A stretch of 64,000 bases of DNA from Takakia lepidozioides (Eukaryota; Plantae; Bryophyta): the NCBI GenBank assembly GCA_030704615.1, contig CM060733.1:31868001-31932000 (forward strand), given 5' to 3'. A program made the translations under genes and the position numbers. The notes beneath the pieces are model-generated. The model saw only the letters and a list, made by a program, of their open reading frames with translations. It had not been told where the DNA came from and did not search any database. How positions within the stretch are numbered: position 1 is the stretch's first letter; the number at the start of each line of letters is the position of its first letter. This document shows, piece after piece, positions 61,546 through 64,000 of this stretch.

Positions 61546-63436
61546 ATGCTGATTGTTATTTGTTCCTGGAGAGGCTACTATTCCATTTGATCACTTGAAA
61601 AGGGATGGCGAACGAGTTCGCTTCTGGTACTTGAGCATGCCGCATGTGTACACCAGGTGTAGAGAGGCCAAGGTGGAGGGAGCAAAGGGCCGGCCTAAGT
61701 TCAAATGTCCTTATTGTGGGGCAGTAAAGGTAGATAAGAGCAGATTGAATCGGCATATTGTCGATGGAACGGCCGCATGTATGGCCAGACCGAAAGGAAC
61801 AAAACCGTTTCCTGATGCGGAGCTCAAGCATGCCATGGCTGTTGAAAATGTGATGAATTCTGTTCCAGCTTCTTCTGTTGATGCATATCATGCATGGATT
61901 CTGCAAAATAGGGTGGCTTTGGGTGAGATTGCAGATCCTATTGAAGTGCCTGCTGTTGTACCTTCTTCGGCTATTTCTGCTACAGAGGTTCCATCTTCTG
62001 GTGCTCCTGCTGTTTCTGTCCCTGGTCCTTCGGCAGGTTTCTAACGAGAGAGACAAGCGGCGATTGAGCCCGCCTCTACCTGTCCCTATTGCAAAGAAAA
62101 TCAACATTGGAAACCGGGGAAACCGGAGCTCAAGGTTCATCTTGCGAAAGCGAACTCCAGGCTCAATCCTTCTGCTACCGCATGGCCTTATTCCTCAGTT
62201 CCCATTTCCGAATGTCAATGAGAAGGGGTTTTGGCCGGCATTCCAAGAATTTGTTGCGCGAGGCGAGGGCGCAGTCCATGCGACAGCTGCAAAATCAAGT
62301 TGGTTCTATCGACAGACAATCAAGTTGGATTCCCTGCCATTTCTCTGTTTTTCAAATTTTGGGCTGTTGTCTATCCATGTAACCCTTGTGTTACCCCCCC
62401 TGTCTCTCCTGTGGCGTGTAACCCAGAGTGTAACCCACCTACAGAGGACCCCTTTTAAAAACCCCTATGGTGTGTAACCCACCTCTGTGTAACCCCGTGT
62501 AGCCCATCTTGTTTGTAACCCATTTTCATGTGTAACCCCTCGTGCTGTAACCTTTTTCTCTGGTGTAACCCCTCACGCTGTATTGCGCAGGGAGCTCGAT
62601 ATCATCTTAGAAGCGATGATATGGACAGTGTTGTTGCTGCCCACAAGGCGTTTACTGCCCAGCCGGATCATGGTCCGTTAATGATAGAGGAATTGAATCG
62701 GGTGAAGGAGTATTTAGAGAGCATTGGGCATCCTGACATGCCAAAGCAGAAAAAGAAAAAAGGTGGGAGACTTACACGAGTCCATCGAGAGAGCCAAGCC
62801 TCACATGATGATGACACGATGGACGAACTAGCTGTTGGCAATACCGACCTTGACGATGCCAGAACTTCAAATCCTCTTGTCATCACTATTACTGTAGATG
62901 GAATCAAAGGTTTGGTTGTTCCAGATCCGTTGGAATTCACTCGTGGTTTTGCCGAAGGATTGATCAGTCAAATGGAGAATCTCACCAAACCGCACATTGG
63001 ACCGCCACCACTCCTTTTGAGAATTCTGGCCCACAACGATGTAAGAAATCATGGCAGGTCAGTTTCCCAAACGCATCCCAGGTTGGGGTTCACGACTGAA
63101 CTTCTGGAAAGTGCTCTTACGGCCTCAAAGGTGAAGGACCTGGTCGATGAGTATTACGGCTTTAGTCTGATGTACTTTGCACAACCTGGTGACGGAATTG
63201 CGACCTTGGATTCTGAGCTCGAAGACTTAAGATCGAGTTTGAGTACAGAAGAGTGGGGTGACCGGTCAATTAAGATCAACGGAGCTATACAGTTTTGCAA
63301 GGCAAGCCGTCGTCGCGCCGCCCATCACTTTGCGATCCAACAGAGAGAATCGTTTATCCAGCTTTGGTGTTGTGGCCTCTTCAGCGAATCACCAACAGAA
63401 ATGGATTCAATGCGCGTTTGGGCATCCAGTATATGA
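61546..63436 (+). pseudogene. Unknown gene with N-terminal C2HC zinc finger, probably TE-associated, frameshifted
   Basis: FKCPYCGAVKVDKSRLNRHIVDGTAAC (C-x2-C-x12-H-x7-C), an Ala/Pro/Ser linker and a frameshift near 62040. A probable intron lies at ~62324-62590, followed by an open ~280-aa exon with a PKQKKKK NLS. Confidence 0.5.
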
Positions 63437-63599
63437 GAGACCTTGGGTCTGTAGTGCCTTGGTATCTCTGTAATGTTTACGGTCATAACCCCTAATCTTG
63501 GTAATATGTCTTGTAACTTGTAAAGTGTTCAAGATGTGGAATGTCAGTGAATGTGGTCAACCTCTCTCAGAATGACCCAGCCTTCGTGGGTCCCATTGA

Positions 63600-63965
63600 T
63601 GCGCAGGGTGACACTGCAAAGGGGAGGATGCCCTGAAACCGAGGGTTACACTGCACCACTACCTGTGACACTGTGCAGAGAGGAGCAACAGGGAAGGAGG
63701 GTTACACTGCAAGGGTGACACTGTTAGGGAAGGAGGGTTACACTGCACCTCAGGGTGACACTGCGGATACCGGTGGCTGACTGAGGGACATTGTCGTGGG
63801 TGACACACCATTGCCCGTGAACACTGCAACTTCCGTTGAGAGTGACATTGACATGGGTTACACTGATAGGGGTGACACCCCACAGCCAACCCACATGGTA
63901 GATGTCAGTGAGTGTAACACTGTCATGGATGACATTCCACTACCACTAGTCGTGGAAGGTGACAC
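63600..63965. repeat. GGGT(T/G)ACACTG repeat cluster (reverse-strand version of the TGTAACCC motif)
   Basis: More than 10 copies of GGTTACAC/GTGACAC downstream of the zinc-finger gene. Confidence 0.75.
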
Positions 63966-64000
63966 TCCTTTGCCACGGCCACTAGTCGCGACGGATGACG

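Overview
This is TE-dense nuclear DNA from a land plant. A seed-free lineage such as a bryophyte or lycophyte is the most likely source; this is inferred from the DYW-PPR genes, a half-tRNA-primed Copia, a piggyBac-like element and an intronless microbial-type 2OG-Fe(II) oxygenase. Two apparently intact host genes are present: the 2OG-Fe(II) oxygenase (19490-22477, -) and a five-exon two-LIM-domain actin-bundling gene (27904-31022, -). There are also two broken PPR-E/DYW RNA-editing-factor relics. The rest is mobile DNA: L1-type LINE remnants, a Copia nested in another Copia, a TTAA piggyBac-like element nested in a hAT-type element in the LIM promoter, a CACTA/EnSpm element, a Mutator-like element and a foldback element. 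The most notable observation is that DNA transposons here carry chromatin- or DNA-binding-type cargo together with their own non-coding motif arrays. The CACTA carries an open SET-domain ORF that can be spliced in frame to its transposase-associated zinc-binding exon. The MULE has a GCM-like DNA-binding domain, a divergent second gene and 22-bp palindrome arrays. An unclassified unit at 59-64 kb pairs a C2HC zinc-finger gene with TGTAACCC arrays. All protein calls come from motif recognition by eye; no searches were run.
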